DNA of 64,000 nt from Schizochytrium sp. TIO01 (lineage: Eukaryota > Protista > Bigyra: Labyrinthulomycetes): positions 7,906,483 to 7,970,482 of the forward strand of contig SMSO01000032.1 of NCBI GenBank assembly GCA_004764695.1. The letters are read 5' to 3'. Position numbers and translations under genes: made by a program. Below are positions 43,201 to 53,713 of this stretch, piece after piece. The notes beneath the pieces were generated by a model. It worked only from the letters and a program-made list of their open reading frames with translations. It was not told the origin of the DNA and did no database searches. The first letter of the stretch is position 1. Each line of letters opens with the position of its first letter.

Positions 43201-46200
43201 TACTCATGGCAAAGCCTAACTGCGAGTGTAGATGTGAGTATGAATGACATTAGTCCAACTGTAACATCTCCACTTACTGTGCAGATGACATCAACAGGAA
43301 GATTGCAGGGTGTTTTATTACAACTTGAAAGTTCTGCATCTGATGCGATCTTCCGTGTGCAGCAGTGGCCTGCATTTTCTGAAGTCATTCAAGCTGACTC
43401 TGGAAACGTACTTGAAGATACAACGGCAATCTCTGTACGTCAGTATGTTGCAACAGTCCTACGTTTCTCATCACAATATGCAACTTGCGATAGCTGTACA
43501 ATATATGGTAACCCGCTTTGCAATATTGGTAAATCTTGTCAGGCTTCGTCATCTTGGAATTCTGACCAAGTTGTTGGGGAGCCCAATGTTTACCCCGAAA
43601 CAAGCGATAATACACTAGGCTGGAAACCCCGAAGAGAGAACGGAGGGAGTGAGTTCTTGGAGTTAGAACTAGAAGAGGCTGTCTATATATCTAGTGTGGA
43701 CATTTTCGAAGTTTTCAACCCTGGAGCAGTTTCAAGTATTAAAATTGCTAGCACATATAAAGATAGCAACTCTACTTGCTATCGTGATGATTCAACTGGT
43801 CAAAATATTTGTGAGGAACTGACATCATGGACCACTCTCTGGTCACAGGAAGAAAGTGTAGTCGAGACACTAAGTGCTGGTCTTAAGGCTCGCATTTTCG
43901 GGCCAGACATCTGCCCAGGTAAATTCGCCTCACGCTATGTACGAATTGAGCTCAATACAACCTGGATTCCGGGATGGCATGTCCTCGATTCAGTTCGTGT
44001 CACAGGCACCTCGATCTTATCACCAGGTCTCATCACTGCCTCAAATGGTACAGTTCTTATTCGTCCAATTGCAGGTATATTTGCGTCAGATAATTTAGAA
44101 TTCACAGCGTCTGATTGCCAACTCACCTCATCGAGTGGGTTGGTAAAGATCGAACAAGATGTTCCCGTCTCAAGTGTGCCCAGATCCACCTCAGATGTTT
44201 TCTCTCAGCGCCCTCAAATCTTGATTTCTAGAGGTGTGAATCGCACGGCTCTTGTGAACAGCATCCAATTTGATTGGGATTTTCTTTTTTCTGATGTTCT
44301 TTCGCGTCTAAGCGGCACCAGTATAAAAACTCCATCATCATTAGTGCTCACTATGCATACACAAAATTCATCGATTGTGTCGCAAGTCACTCCCTCCAAT
44401 GCATCAAATACAAGTGTTGTCTTAGAGCTTAGTACCGGCCTTGAGCCATCATCCATATCGACCGGGGAAGTATCTACAATACTCATTATGGCCACATTTC
44501 AAGGTTTCACCTATGAAGAGGAAATTAGAAATGTCACATACCGAGTTAAAGCTAATCTCACTCTAGATTGTTATCAATCATATAATGATAGTGGTGACTC
44601 TGAGGGGAGATGTGCTGAAAACCGTGAACTCTTACCCGGCGAATGTGTTAGCTCATATGATTCCAGTAAAGACATCACGACGCGGAAGTGTACTTGCTAT
44701 GATGACGCCTCATTTTCTCGTCTCATCGCTGGTGAAGCATGCGAGTACACCATGTGGGAAACATGTAATGGCCGCGGAGCTCCGTATCTTGATACGTCTA
44801 CTAATGAAGCGCGTTGCCTGTGCTTCAACGAATCAAATTTTGGCGGCCAATATTGCGACAAGCGTGCTGGGCCCGTGGCCTCCCTCGAAGACCTCGTCGC
44901 TGAAGTGGAAGCTATGGGTGAAGAAATCCTAGCTCTAGTGGATCTCGATGATCTTGAGGTTGTAGTGGATGAACCTATGGTCATGCTTGCAATTCCTCAG
45001 AACAATACTAATTCTTCAGAAACAGCCAGACGCCTCATAGCTGAGGTTGATGCAGATAACCATGCTCCATACCGGTATTTGAGTGATAGTTCAAACACAA
45101 CATATGTGGTTCTGGCATCGTTTAATCTGACTGAGCAAATGGATGCTACTGACACCTGCAACAATCACGGAACGCCCACCTCAGCAGGTGATTGTGTTTG
45201 CAGTGGGTTTTATGAACAACCTGACTGCTTCTCGGAAGCTCAGTGTGACCCAGGCCAATATATTGTTCGTGTACAAAATCCGGAATGGACAAATACTTCT
45301 GATGATTCAGTCGCAGAAGAAATTGGAGAATGTGTGGACTGTGAACCAGGATACTACTGTGACAGTAGAGTGCGAACAGAATGCCCTGCTGGTACATTTG
45401 CGCATGAATCTGGGATGTATGAATGCCGTGACCAGTGTGTTAACCAAGGATACTATATGGAGGCAAACGAAAGTGCAATTAATGGTATTCAATGCACTAT
45501 TTGTCCCAGTGGTACCTACTGTGATGGGCAAAATATGACTTTGTGCCCCACAGGACAATTTTCACCGCAAGAGGGGCTTACTCAGTGCATCTCATGCAAC
45601 AAAATTAGCTCAGCCATGTACGCTGATGAAGTTGGATCTATAGCCTGCAAATCATGTCCTGCAAACACCCAGCGCATCAACTCTGATGGTATTAACATTA
45701 CAGAGTGTGTTTGTGAAGCACTGTACTGGAATGGTCTGAAGGACAATCCCACCAAGACGGGAGTTCCGTGTTACACATGCCCAGATAATGCAGTTTGTCT
45801 TGGTAATACAAACAAGGCTGATGATGATGCCTCTCCGCCATACACGAATGTCTCGCCGTACCCTTTGTCAGGATTCTGGGGCGACCCTGATGCCCCTAGT
45901 GAGTTTTTTGCTTGCGATGATGAAGATTCTTGCATCGGAACTTCAGAGTTTCTCTGCTCAAATAGTACAGAAGGAGTGTTTTGCTTCCAATGTAGAGATG
46001 GTTGGTACAGTATTGGACAATGTCATGAATGTCCAGGCGGTGGTGGAACTGCTGTGGACGCAATCTTTGTGATTTTCTGCTGGGGAGGCGTGATTTCAGC
46101 GTGGGTTCTTATCAACATTTTATCCAATGAGGTCCGTGCTCTAGATCTTATTTTGCTATACACGCAGGTTGTCGGCATTGTCCAAGGCTTTGATTTGGAT

Positions 46201-49191
46201 TGGCCAAATCCAGTCGATCTTTTGAACACGCCTTTTGATATTACAGGTTTTGAGGTTGATTTTTTTGCGCCCAATTGCTGGTGGCGAAGCTGGAATTTTG
46301 TCAATCGTTTTGTTTTGCAGTTTCTTCTACCATTCATTTACGCCATTTTTCAAGCATGTATTGTATATCTTGGGTGGCTACATGTCAAATTTGTTCAACA
46401 TCGAAATGGTCGCTCAAAGAGCTCAAAGGAGCCTGCTCCTGGTGATGCCCAATCGCAAGTATCATCACAATCAACTGCACAGACAATTCTTGACGAAGCA
46501 GAAATGGATCAGACTATTCGTAGGCGTTGTGGTATGATTAGTGCAGCCATACGTCGAATCATTTTATTTTTCGATCTCCCGGATACAAAGGAGGACCTTG
46601 AAAAGCTAAAAAACAAATCGATTGGCCTTACCTTCAACTTTTGCCTGATTGTGTATCCGTCACTGGTGGTCATTCTGTTAGAGCCTTTATCATGCATCGA
46701 GCTTGCAAATGGTCAAGTTGTGATGCAAGCTTCACCTGATATTGTATGCTGGGAAGGTAAACACATTTATTCCTTAGTTGTTTGGAGTGCTGTGGGCATT
46801 GTATTATACATCATAGGAATTCCAGTCTTACAATTCTACATTTTGACTATTGCTGAGACCAAGGATCTCAAAGCGGATCCGAAGTTTTTGGAACGATTTG
46901 GCTGGATGTATAACGATTTTCGTCAAGAAGTATATAAATGGGAGTGCCTTATGACATTTCGTCGATTTGCGTTTGCAGTTGTGCTTATTGCTGCAGCTGG
47001 AGAGGGATATATTCAGGCAGTAATTGGTTGTCTTGTTATTGTCTGGTGCTTTGCTTTACATGTCATGTACCAACCATTTCTTTCGCGTCGACTCAATATT
47101 ATGGACCAGGCGAGTTTGTTTGGATCATTTCTTTACATATTTTTCGGGGTAGTCTTTACTGCGTATGGTCAGGAATCAGATGAACTATTGAACGCTCTGG
47201 CATCGTCTGCTTCAAGCAACTCTACAGACTCCACTGCTTCTGCATTTGATGCAGTGACGACATCAGTGTTAGCCTGGTTTCTCATGCTTGTAACATTGGG
47301 TGTCATCATTCTGGGTATTGTGATCTGCTACCTCGACGGTCGCGATTATCTTCGAGTTGTTAAAGCTGAGGCTCATTTGCTTGTGCGAGGACAGACAGAG
47401 ACAGTATCGCTTGTTCGTACTGTACGTCACCAAGCTGCAACTCGTTCTGTTGCGGATATTATGAGTCTTCTCGGTCATCTGAGTCTAGCACAGCTGCATC
47501 GTAATATGTCGCCTATTTCAATGAAATCTCCTAGTTCTGGGAAACTCTCGAAAATTCTAAAACGATCTTCTACCCGAGGTAGTAAGAGCGAAAATGAGAG
47601 CTCTTCCTCTATAAGTGAACGAGTTGTGCGCTTGCAATCTGCGAAGTTATCGAATGCTTCCTCTACAACATCTTTCCCAGCAGGTTCTCAACCTGCATCT
47701 TTGAAGGACGCAGCAGCTAATTCACTCAGTCTGGATCTAGACAGTTTGAGTAACTTCGCAATTGCTGATCGTGGTGGCCTCGATGCTACCATATCTGAGA
47801 AATCTTTGAAAAGTATGCAAGAAATGCCCCAGAGCGGGGTGTCACAAGATAGCATTGATCTTGAGTCACAAGATGGCCTTTTCGTTGCCGTTCCACCACA
47901 GCAACAGGTAGTTGTGCGCCATTCAGTGCGCAACTACTTTGGCGAATCTCCCGCAACACCCCGATCGGAGGCTTCAATCCATGCCTCATTCCGTGATTGG
48001 TGCAACACAAATTGTTGGCCTGTACTTTCTTCACTATGTGCGCCACGATGGAGGTCAAATCATTCCCCAATAATCGCAGACCCAGGACAGAGCAACTTAT
48101 TTGCTGCTATTGATTCTGATGGCTCGGGCACAATTAACCGCGAGGAGCTGCAGAATTTTATTACAAACGAACTGCAGATGGATGGCGAAGCTTACCGTGT
48201 TCAGCTTGATAATCTTTTCGCTGAATATGATGTGGACCAAACTGGGACCTTGGATAAGCATGAATTTGCTCGTCTTATCAATGAAAATGTAGCTGATTTG
48301 CGACGCTCAGAACTGAAAAATGCTATCAAATCCAAGTATCTCATACATTGGGTTTTGTCTGATCAATGTTCACCTTTGCAAACAACCTTGTTTTTCGAGC
48401 TGGATGCCATGTCACGTGATGTGATTAAACCTGATGGCCCTGTATCTGTTTATCGTGGATCTACCATGGCTCGTTTCTATCGCAAGCTGATTCGGGTGTT
48501 TCCATTCTTGCTTGATTGGCTCATGGTTGCAGATCAGGAAGATCTGCAGGTCCTTTGTCGAATGCTCAAGCAATGGCAAGAAACATCTGACTTTGTGTCG
48601 AGGCGTGGTACACTCAGTCGCGTTATTTTACCCCAGTATCAAGCTCCATTCGCATTTTGGATGATTAATCGAGCCACGGAGGATGACCGCCTAATTTTTC
48701 AGGCCGTAATGACGAGTATTATTTCTGCATCGAGCTCACGGCTCCCTGTTTACGAGCGCTTTCGAGGAAATGGTGGGAGACCTGAACAAGCGATTCGAGC
48801 CTCGGTACTCTCTTCCAATAATAATGCTTCGGAGGCAATGCGTGAAAAGAGAAAACGTGAACAAGCACGCGAAGCAGCTGCTGCACGCGGTATTCAGCGC
48901 TTCTATCGCATTTACAAAAAGCGTTGCGCATTGAAGGCTGCAATTGCGGCTGCCACGCAAGATCATGGGGCCCGTGGAAGTCATGTCACATCGGTGACAG
49001 GCATGGTAGATAGTGAGCATGATAGACGAGAAACAATGCTGAGTGACTCAGAGGACAGCGATGCGTCGACTCTCCATGATGACGGTGATAGTGATGACCA
49101 AGGTTTCCATGACGCTTTTCAAAACCTCGGTTCATATGATAGCAGCGGCGATGAGGACGACGACGAAGAGAGCCTTCCCAGCTTACTGTAA
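40237..49191 (+). CDS. Giant single-exon type I/multipass membrane protein: LamG, FN2, PA-like, discoidin-like, EGF, TNFR/GCC Cys-rich repeats, multi-TM, EF-hands, IQ
   Basis: 2984 aa; signal peptide; LTVEMWI..WNHIAATY; CVIPF..WCAT..WGFC; CNGRG..CLC..FGGQYC; CPAGTF/CPSGTY/CPTGQF repeats; TM block with ERFGWMY..YKWE; EF loops DSDGSGTINREE and DVDQTGTLDKHE; IQRFYR. Confidence 0.93.
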   Translation: MERYRKRLRTPLRQFAKCVAFLTVLVVAVLTASTRAQDVPAEVGGPGRAVWFPNADACVSGALENPGFGYALTVEMWILVPSTAMVSQEYVLAELGTTWRLALNTEGLVWQVQNDEITKTHAQAQLQLDGWNHIAATYNATEMKIVVNGETVQGDLEPAFTIQSRAVSAAPSTPANGTSWASSGCKAVGGALADGEIVDCVIPFYNRGSKTNKCLPFNSSDSEDDPLYDASSIEAVEGLTLWCATVSKYRKGTSDSWGFCDCPFLANSSFAARSGLVGNTLTTLGSLGPSDTNAAEYSGEYTNTNATNTSFIVINLEGNSQVSYAEQIRQSRSTEDFVVLISANQTLPSRDIVVQMADLGAFFVLIDWFGDAAVYPAIVNDDLTCFKVQQIQEASGNSLSSKYRCAEEASARFGTDVFAGDATSLTDEEIDCSAYPFQTYDASNAFDADRNSSWIVSFTEASLSENSIGLLYTFTSEQSLADVNKYALVAPAQASVSAPKSWYLELLIADSTGIYEDWLTIDSQENVNWEDHDIRWYNLSLAQLGIEVSSRISCFRLTITDADDQFSQVGLAEFGIFASNTSSSTSSDTFYKSGLIDASSWYAPREMLSSDPLTIPVWTISARASPDADKLLTKVRESVSPTTLDYLVTINPVQQSILSATQALPDRGTLTLGRGMIGVMDNFRLWNISRTASEIEESANLSFGVNGYDLDGLVMEWTMDNIVTGASTSDVCDVPLALNAQYIISSSSSAVSTAGEVTNGALLVPSTANITGGDIVVYLPTSSNTKLDIDLTGYIPSTSSESYSISIVDQPQYGSLTQINLLSNIAKGGIITVGTLVYIRDTSPSATYDEFTYRIKNSVSKVYHEARVYVYFERPAPNSSTLFTSEGSSFAPLVLAWPEPGFSIFGLPTSSTYSSFLLPDIWTNSSNHFFVLDDINLNNNCLISNDGSEAAFAGVFLIDISSVDREENNGSVDISLEVNVTTSNAEATYSWQSLTASVDVSMNDISPTVTSPLTVQMTSTGRLQGVLLQLESSASDAIFRVQQWPAFSEVIQADSGNVLEDTTAISVRQYVATVLRFSSQYATCDSCTIYGNPLCNIGKSCQASSSWNSDQVVGEPNVYPETSDNTLGWKPRRENGGSEFLELELEEAVYISSVDIFEVFNPGAVSSIKIASTYKDSNSTCYRDDSTGQNICEELTSWTTLWSQEESVVETLSAGLKARIFGPDICPGKFASRYVRIELNTTWIPGWHVLDSVRVTGTSILSPGLITASNGTVLIRPIAGIFASDNLEFTASDCQLTSSSGLVKIEQDVPVSSVPRSTSDVFSQRPQILISRGVNRTALVNSIQFDWDFLFSDVLSRLSGTSIKTPSSLVLTMHTQNSSIVSQVTPSNASNTSVVLELSTGLEPSSISTGEVSTILIMATFQGFTYEEEIRNVTYRVKANLTLDCYQSYNDSGDSEGRCAENRELLPGECVSSYDSSKDITTRKCTCYDDASFSRLIAGEACEYTMWETCNGRGAPYLDTSTNEARCLCFNESNFGGQYCDKRAGPVASLEDLVAEVEAMGEEILALVDLDDLEVVVDEPMVMLAIPQNNTNSSETARRLIAEVDADNHAPYRYLSDSSNTTYVVLASFNLTEQMDATDTCNNHGTPTSAGDCVCSGFYEQPDCFSEAQCDPGQYIVRVQNPEWTNTSDDSVAEEIGECVDCEPGYYCDSRVRTECPAGTFAHESGMYECRDQCVNQGYYMEANESAINGIQCTICPSGTYCDGQNMTLCPTGQFSPQEGLTQCISCNKISSAMYADEVGSIACKSCPANTQRINSDGINITECVCEALYWNGLKDNPTKTGVPCYTCPDNAVCLGNTNKADDDASPPYTNVSPYPLSGFWGDPDAPSEFFACDDEDSCIGTSEFLCSNSTEGVFCFQCRDGWYSIGQCHECPGGGGTAVDAIFVIFCWGGVISAWVLINILSNEVRALDLILLYTQVVGIVQGFDLDWPNPVDLLNTPFDITGFEVDFFAPNCWWRSWNFVNRFVLQFLLPFIYAIFQACIVYLGWLHVKFVQHRNGRSKSSKEPAPGDAQSQVSSQSTAQTILDEAEMDQTIRRRCGMISAAIRRIILFFDLPDTKEDLEKLKNKSIGLTFNFCLIVYPSLVVILLEPLSCIELANGQVVMQASPDIVCWEGKHIYSLVVWSAVGIVLYIIGIPVLQFYILTIAETKDLKADPKFLERFGWMYNDFRQEVYKWECLMTFRRFAFAVVLIAAAGEGYIQAVIGCLVIVWCFALHVMYQPFLSRRLNIMDQASLFGSFLYIFFGVVFTAYGQESDELLNALASSASSNSTDSTASAFDAVTTSVLAWFLMLVTLGVIILGIVICYLDGRDYLRVVKAEAHLLVRGQTETVSLVRTVRHQAATRSVADIMSLLGHLSLAQLHRNMSPISMKSPSSGKLSKILKRSSTRGSKSENESSSSISERVVRLQSAKLSNASSTTSFPAGSQPASLKDAAANSLSLDLDSLSNFAIADRGGLDATISEKSLKSMQEMPQSGVSQDSIDLESQDGLFVAVPPQQQVVVRHSVRNYFGESPATPRSEASIHASFRDWCNTNCWPVLSSLCAPRWRSNHSPIIADPGQSNLFAAIDSDGSGTINREELQNFITNELQMDGEAYRVQLDNLFAEYDVDQTGTLDKHEFARLINENVADLRRSELKNAIKSKYLIHWVLSDQCSPLQTTLFFELDAMSRDVIKPDGPVSVYRGSTMARFYRKLIRVFPFLLDWLMVADQEDLQVLCRMLKQWQETSDFVSRRGTLSRVILPQYQAPFAFWMINRATEDDRLIFQAVMTSIISASSSRLPVYERFRGNGGRPEQAIRASVLSSNNNASEAMREKRKREQAREAAAARGIQRFYRIYKKRCALKAAIAAATQDHGARGSHVTSVTGMVDSEHDRRETMLSDSEDSDASTLHDDGDSDDQGFHDAFQNLGSYDSSGDEDDDEESLPSLL

Positions 49192-49278
49192 AAACTAAAA
49201 GCGAAATACAAGTGTAATATATTTAATTTTCGTTTATTGCTTTTTCTTAGTATTCAAGATGATTCTTAAGCTTCAACA

Positions 49279-50259
49279 TCATTTTGCAGCCGTTGCTGCA
49301 GTGGCACTTGCAAGTTTTTCTTTGCGTGCATACTCTTTTTCGGCTTTCTTTCGAAGGGCTTGAATATCTTTGTAACGTTGCTGAGCCTTTTCACGTTCCT
49401 TAACAGCTGCACGACGCTGTTTCGTTGCATCAGCTCGAGAGGACCTCGCTTTTGCGAGACTGCTTGATGCATACTCCATGGCTTGATCTGCCTCTGCACG
49501 TGCATCTACTGCTTCTTGTCGCTCGCGCTTGACATTTTCACGAGCCTCCTCGCAAGCCGCCCTTGCATTTTCTGCTTCGACACGCGCATTTTCATATGGC
49601 TTGTGTGCTTTGTTGGCAGCAAAGCGTGCACCTTTGGCCAATTGGATTAAAGGCGCTTGTTTTCGCAAAAGAGCTTCTTGGGTAATTTTGGCTTTTTGCA
49701 AAGGAAGCGGGTCCTCCTGGTGCAGAGTAGCAATTTGATGTTTTGCCTTTGAAGACTCCACTTGGCCGTACTGTTCTGGATCTTCCGCAATTGATTCGAG
49801 ACGCTCAATTTCATCTAGTTTGGCTTGCTCTTGAGCCTTAATGGTCTCAAGGCCAGCTTTAATTTCGTCATTGAGGGCTTCAAGCTCGGCTTCCTTTTCT
49901 GCGGCATCTGCCTCAGCTTTAGCAAAAGCTTCTTCGTTACGTTTTGCTTCTTCTTCAGCAACTTTCAGTTCTTCTAGTTTCTCCTTTAACTCGGCATCAG
50001 CTTCCTCAGCTTCTCTTTCTTCTTTCTGCGCAATTTTATTTGCTTCGTCCGCCGCCTTGGCAGCCTCTGCGGCTTTCTCTTCAAGGTCCAAAGTTTTAGC
50101 CTCCAGATCTAGCACCGCTTCTTCACGTTCAAGTGCCATCATTTCAGCATCTCGAGCTGCGTTTTCCTCCTCAACTACGCGATCCACGTCGTTCACATCA
50201 AAATCATAATATGGCCGTCCCAGTAGGTTTGACCAGAGCTTGGTGACGAGCCCCGACAT
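49279..50259 (-). CDS. Ala/Glu/Lys coiled-coil protein resembling the protist TolA-like / ABP34 actin-bundling C-terminal family
   Basis: Long heptad region; motif KAKHQIATLHQEDPLPLQKAKITQEA resembles the EDPLPLRKAKITQEA motif of protist TolA-like proteins; first ATG at 50259. Confidence 0.75.
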   Translation of the reverse strand: MSGLVTKLWSNLLGRPYYDFDVNDVDRVVEEENAARDAEMMALEREEAVLDLEAKTLDLEEKAAEAAKAADEANKIAQKEEREAEEADAELKEKLEELKVAEEEAKRNEEAFAKAEADAAEKEAELEALNDEIKAGLETIKAQEQAKLDEIERLESIAEDPEQYGQVESSKAKHQIATLHQEDPLPLQKAKITQEALLRKQAPLIQLAKGARFAANKAHKPYENARVEAENARAACEEARENVKRERQEAVDARAEADQAMEYASSSLAKARSSRADATKQRRAAVKEREKAQQRYKDIQALRKKAEKEYARKEKLASATAATAAK

Positions 50260-51116
50260 CGAGACCCTCCCACGTTTGCTCTTTGCCCCAAGCTCCAAAG
50301 CTCTTCTTCTGCTGAAGTTCAAGAATAGGTAAAGATGTTGCTACTATGTCTGCATCCGCACGCTATGATTGCTTTGCAAAACTGAGCTGCGGAACTGCAA
50401 GGCAGTACTAGGGTCTCAAGTCACGCACTGAATAGATATCTACGTATCAGTACCTACCCTCCCTATTTCTACCTCTCACTAGTATGTATTTACTATTACG
50501 ATTTGCACGCGCGTTGCAATTGGAACTAGAACCTCCTTACTGAAAACCAATAAAGCCCGTACCTACTATGCACCATTTCGAGCAGCCAATCAAGCTCACT
50601 GCTCTCGAGGTGAGCCACCATTTAGATGCCTGCAGAACCAAAGGTGTCGGAGCATCTCTTTGAAAACTGGGTTTGGTGGATTATCTATTGATTGCAAAAC
50701 CAGGATTGGGGATCGTCAGGAAAGGTACGAGCACTTTTTAGTACAAAAAGAACACCTACTAAGATACCGAGGTAGTGTTTTAGGTATGAAACTCTAGCGA
50801 GAGAAACATAAACAGAGCTTTCAACGGCTATTATTATTTTGAGAGCTGATTTATTATTGTAGCAGTCTTTTCATAAAAAGTTGAAGGGACGAAAATGCAC
50901 GGGCAAAATACCCCAACTTTCAATATATGGTCGAGAATAGAAAAACATAGCGTTGCTGTTTGCTTGCTCCTGGCAGGATTGGAGTTTAAGACCGCTGGTA
51001 CAAGGCGGGCACCCTTGAATGCCTAGGCAAGAGGTGGTTCCTAAAGTTTTGCAAAACATTTACGTCAGTTGAGGCTAAGTTGCCTGATTTTTTGGCTGTA
51101 TGCGGAAATCTCTAGA

Positions 51117-53471
51117 ATGAAGGTTGAACTTGTGCCATCAACGCTAGATGTCTCCGCCTTGGCTGGCAACGAAAGCGAGACTCCTGTGCGGGTACTATGC
51201 CAAGCTATTGGCGATCAGCGACTATATCTTGGTCTTGAAGATGGAAGAGTGGCTCATTGTCACTATGACACACGGGACCCCAAAGCAAAGGAAACTTTTG
51301 TAGTACAAAACACGGGTCATGGAGGCGCGATCACATGTATACTCTTTGTACAAGGTTGTGGTGGTACGGACAATTCTACACGAACCCATGACCTAGTCTT
51401 TACAGGGTCTTCAGATCGAACAATCAAAGTCTGGTCCTTCAAGGCTCGTCGCATCGAACTTGAATGTATTCAGACTCTTGTAGGTCATGGAGGAACAATT
51501 ACAGCACTAGATTTCGGAGGTGGTCTCCGCGGTCAGCGCTTGGTAAGCTGTAGCACAGACCGGACGCTACGTGTTTGGTGTACGGTACCACATCGAGAGC
51601 TTCTTCTTCATCCATGGTTTGACGTTTGTCAGATTGTGGAACGTCATGAATGGATGACCTCTGTAGTTCTTGGCACCGTACGAAGTGAGATTGAGTTGCC
51701 TACCATTTACGCAGGTGATAGCAAAGGCGGAATTCTTGTTGTAGAGCCATCAAAGGGCAGAAAAAAGCGAGGAGAATCAGAAGCATCATTGATCTCAGTA
51801 ACTCGCAAGCGTGGAGTGACTGAATCCTACGACGTCGACCGTGCTGAACGGTACCCAACTCACGAGCTAGGTATTTTTTCAATGATGATGCTGCGCCAGC
51901 TCAATCTCGTGGTTACTGTGGGTTTTGACAACTGTGTCCGAGTCTTCGATGTTGTTGGGCGTGCAGCCTTTCTATGCATTTCAAACGAACGCCGTTGCCG
52001 GTATACATGTGTTAGCTGGGATAGCGTAAATCACGAGCTATTTTGCGCAGATCAAGATGGCTTCATTGAGGTGTGGAATATCTACACTGACAAAAGGCTC
52101 ATGTGCCATAATATTTACTCAGGGGAACAGGACACAACTAAGGAACCTGGCCCATGCGAGTCCAAATCAATCGCCATCATTCGTGAGAATGAACGAAAGC
52201 ATAGTGCGATTCTATCATGTACTATGTATTCCGAAGTAACCCCTAGTTACCTTCGAGCAACAATTGGAGGCTCGCTCTACACCTGGACAGTGTTACGGGA
52301 CTTAAATTACAAAGAGCATGTCGGTCACCAAGACGCAATCGTGTCCTTGATTTGTGTTGATGAAGAAATTTCAGACCAAGGAGCAACTACGGATCCAGAG
52401 ACCAATTTAAATCCACGTGCAGCGCGCCAAGGTTTCCAATTGTTTTCTGCAGCTTTAGATAATACTCTTCGATCCTGGGATTGGTATGATATGCGTTGCT
52501 TGTTTAAGCTCCGTGAGCCAAAATCTGAAATGACTGTCCTTGCACGCCTACCAGACTCTGGTATACTTGCAACTGGAAATGAGGATGGCACGATTCGTCT
52601 TTGGTCATGCGACACAGGATCAACTATGGTTTTACGGGGACATGAAAACACTGTATTATGCCTTGATATTGCAGAGCGACGACGCCATGTTTATTTGTTA
52701 AGCGCGGGCTATGACGGAAAAGTGGGAATTTGGGATGTTACGCAGCGAAATATGATCAAACCCAAGCTTGAATGCATGTTTGAAGCCCATAAAGCCCACC
52801 ATTTAGGCAAAGGCATTTCACGAGCAGATGATAATCTAGCTATCCTTCAAAGAAATGAGAACCAGGAAATTTTATGCATTCGTTATAATCCAGCAAGTGC
52901 ATTTCCTGTAACAGCAGATGGAACCTCAACTCAGCAAAGACCTGATACTTTTCTTACAGGAGGAAATGATTGCGTGATTCGCGTATGGCATATGACATCG
53001 TATACTCTCATGTGTGAGCTTCGAGGCCACCAAGAACCTGTCACTTGCCTTGAGGTGGATGCAAATTTTGCAATTTCAGGAGGAGACGACGGAAGGATTT
53101 GTGTTTGGAATTTAGCCCAGCTACGAGGAGGTTTTAAAATTGCAGACTTTAAGGCTCATGATATGTCGGTACGCGACATGACAGTATTAACAACAGGCGG
53201 ACCTGCGAACCTTGTTACCTGCTCCTTTGATCACACAGTGCGAGTTTGGGATTATATTGGGCATTCTGAACCATCGTCACCAAAGTCACCGTCTGAAAAC
53301 CAACCATATGATACAAGTAGTTCAATTCAAGAAAAACCTTCCCACTTACTAAAAGAGTTTCGAAATGTTGAGCTGCAGTTCCGTACGCTTGCTGTGCATG
53401 AGAAACATGACTTGATTATTGCTGGAACTCAGGAGGGACGACTTGTAACATTTTCAATGCAAGACTTCTAA
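51117..53471 (+). CDS. WD40 repeat protein (probably two beta-propellers)
   Basis: Many GH..(x)n..WD/WS/WN repeats (GHGGAIT..DRTIKVWS; GHENTV..DGKVGIWD; GHQEPV..DGRICVWN); first ATG at 51117. Confidence 0.93.
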   Translation: MKVELVPSTLDVSALAGNESETPVRVLCQAIGDQRLYLGLEDGRVAHCHYDTRDPKAKETFVVQNTGHGGAITCILFVQGCGGTDNSTRTHDLVFTGSSDRTIKVWSFKARRIELECIQTLVGHGGTITALDFGGGLRGQRLVSCSTDRTLRVWCTVPHRELLLHPWFDVCQIVERHEWMTSVVLGTVRSEIELPTIYAGDSKGGILVVEPSKGRKKRGESEASLISVTRKRGVTESYDVDRAERYPTHELGIFSMMMLRQLNLVVTVGFDNCVRVFDVVGRAAFLCISNERRCRYTCVSWDSVNHELFCADQDGFIEVWNIYTDKRLMCHNIYSGEQDTTKEPGPCESKSIAIIRENERKHSAILSCTMYSEVTPSYLRATIGGSLYTWTVLRDLNYKEHVGHQDAIVSLICVDEEISDQGATTDPETNLNPRAARQGFQLFSAALDNTLRSWDWYDMRCLFKLREPKSEMTVLARLPDSGILATGNEDGTIRLWSCDTGSTMVLRGHENTVLCLDIAERRRHVYLLSAGYDGKVGIWDVTQRNMIKPKLECMFEAHKAHHLGKGISRADDNLAILQRNENQEILCIRYNPASAFPVTADGTSTQQRPDTFLTGGNDCVIRVWHMTSYTLMCELRGHQEPVTCLEVDANFAISGGDDGRICVWNLAQLRGGFKIADFKAHDMSVRDMTVLTTGGPANLVTCSFDHTVRVWDYIGHSEPSSPKSPSENQPYDTSSSIQEKPSHLLKEFRNVELQFRTLAVHEKHDLIIAGTQEGRLVTFSMQDF

Positions 53472-53713
53472 AGAAGCGTAAGCTTCGCGTTGATTTATAT
53501 TCTTATCAGACAAAATCTTATTCAATCAACCCAACCTAAGACGAGCTTGCCCTGTAAATGAATTTTTCTTTCCAGTATTTTGAACATATCAAAGTGGTTT
53601 ATCATTTTAGAAAAACGACCTGAACTTAGGACTTAGGGAAATGGCGTCATTTTTATTTATTCGAAATAACTGAGATAGCTTATTTTTAATATCAAAAAAC
53701 GTTGGCGCTAACT

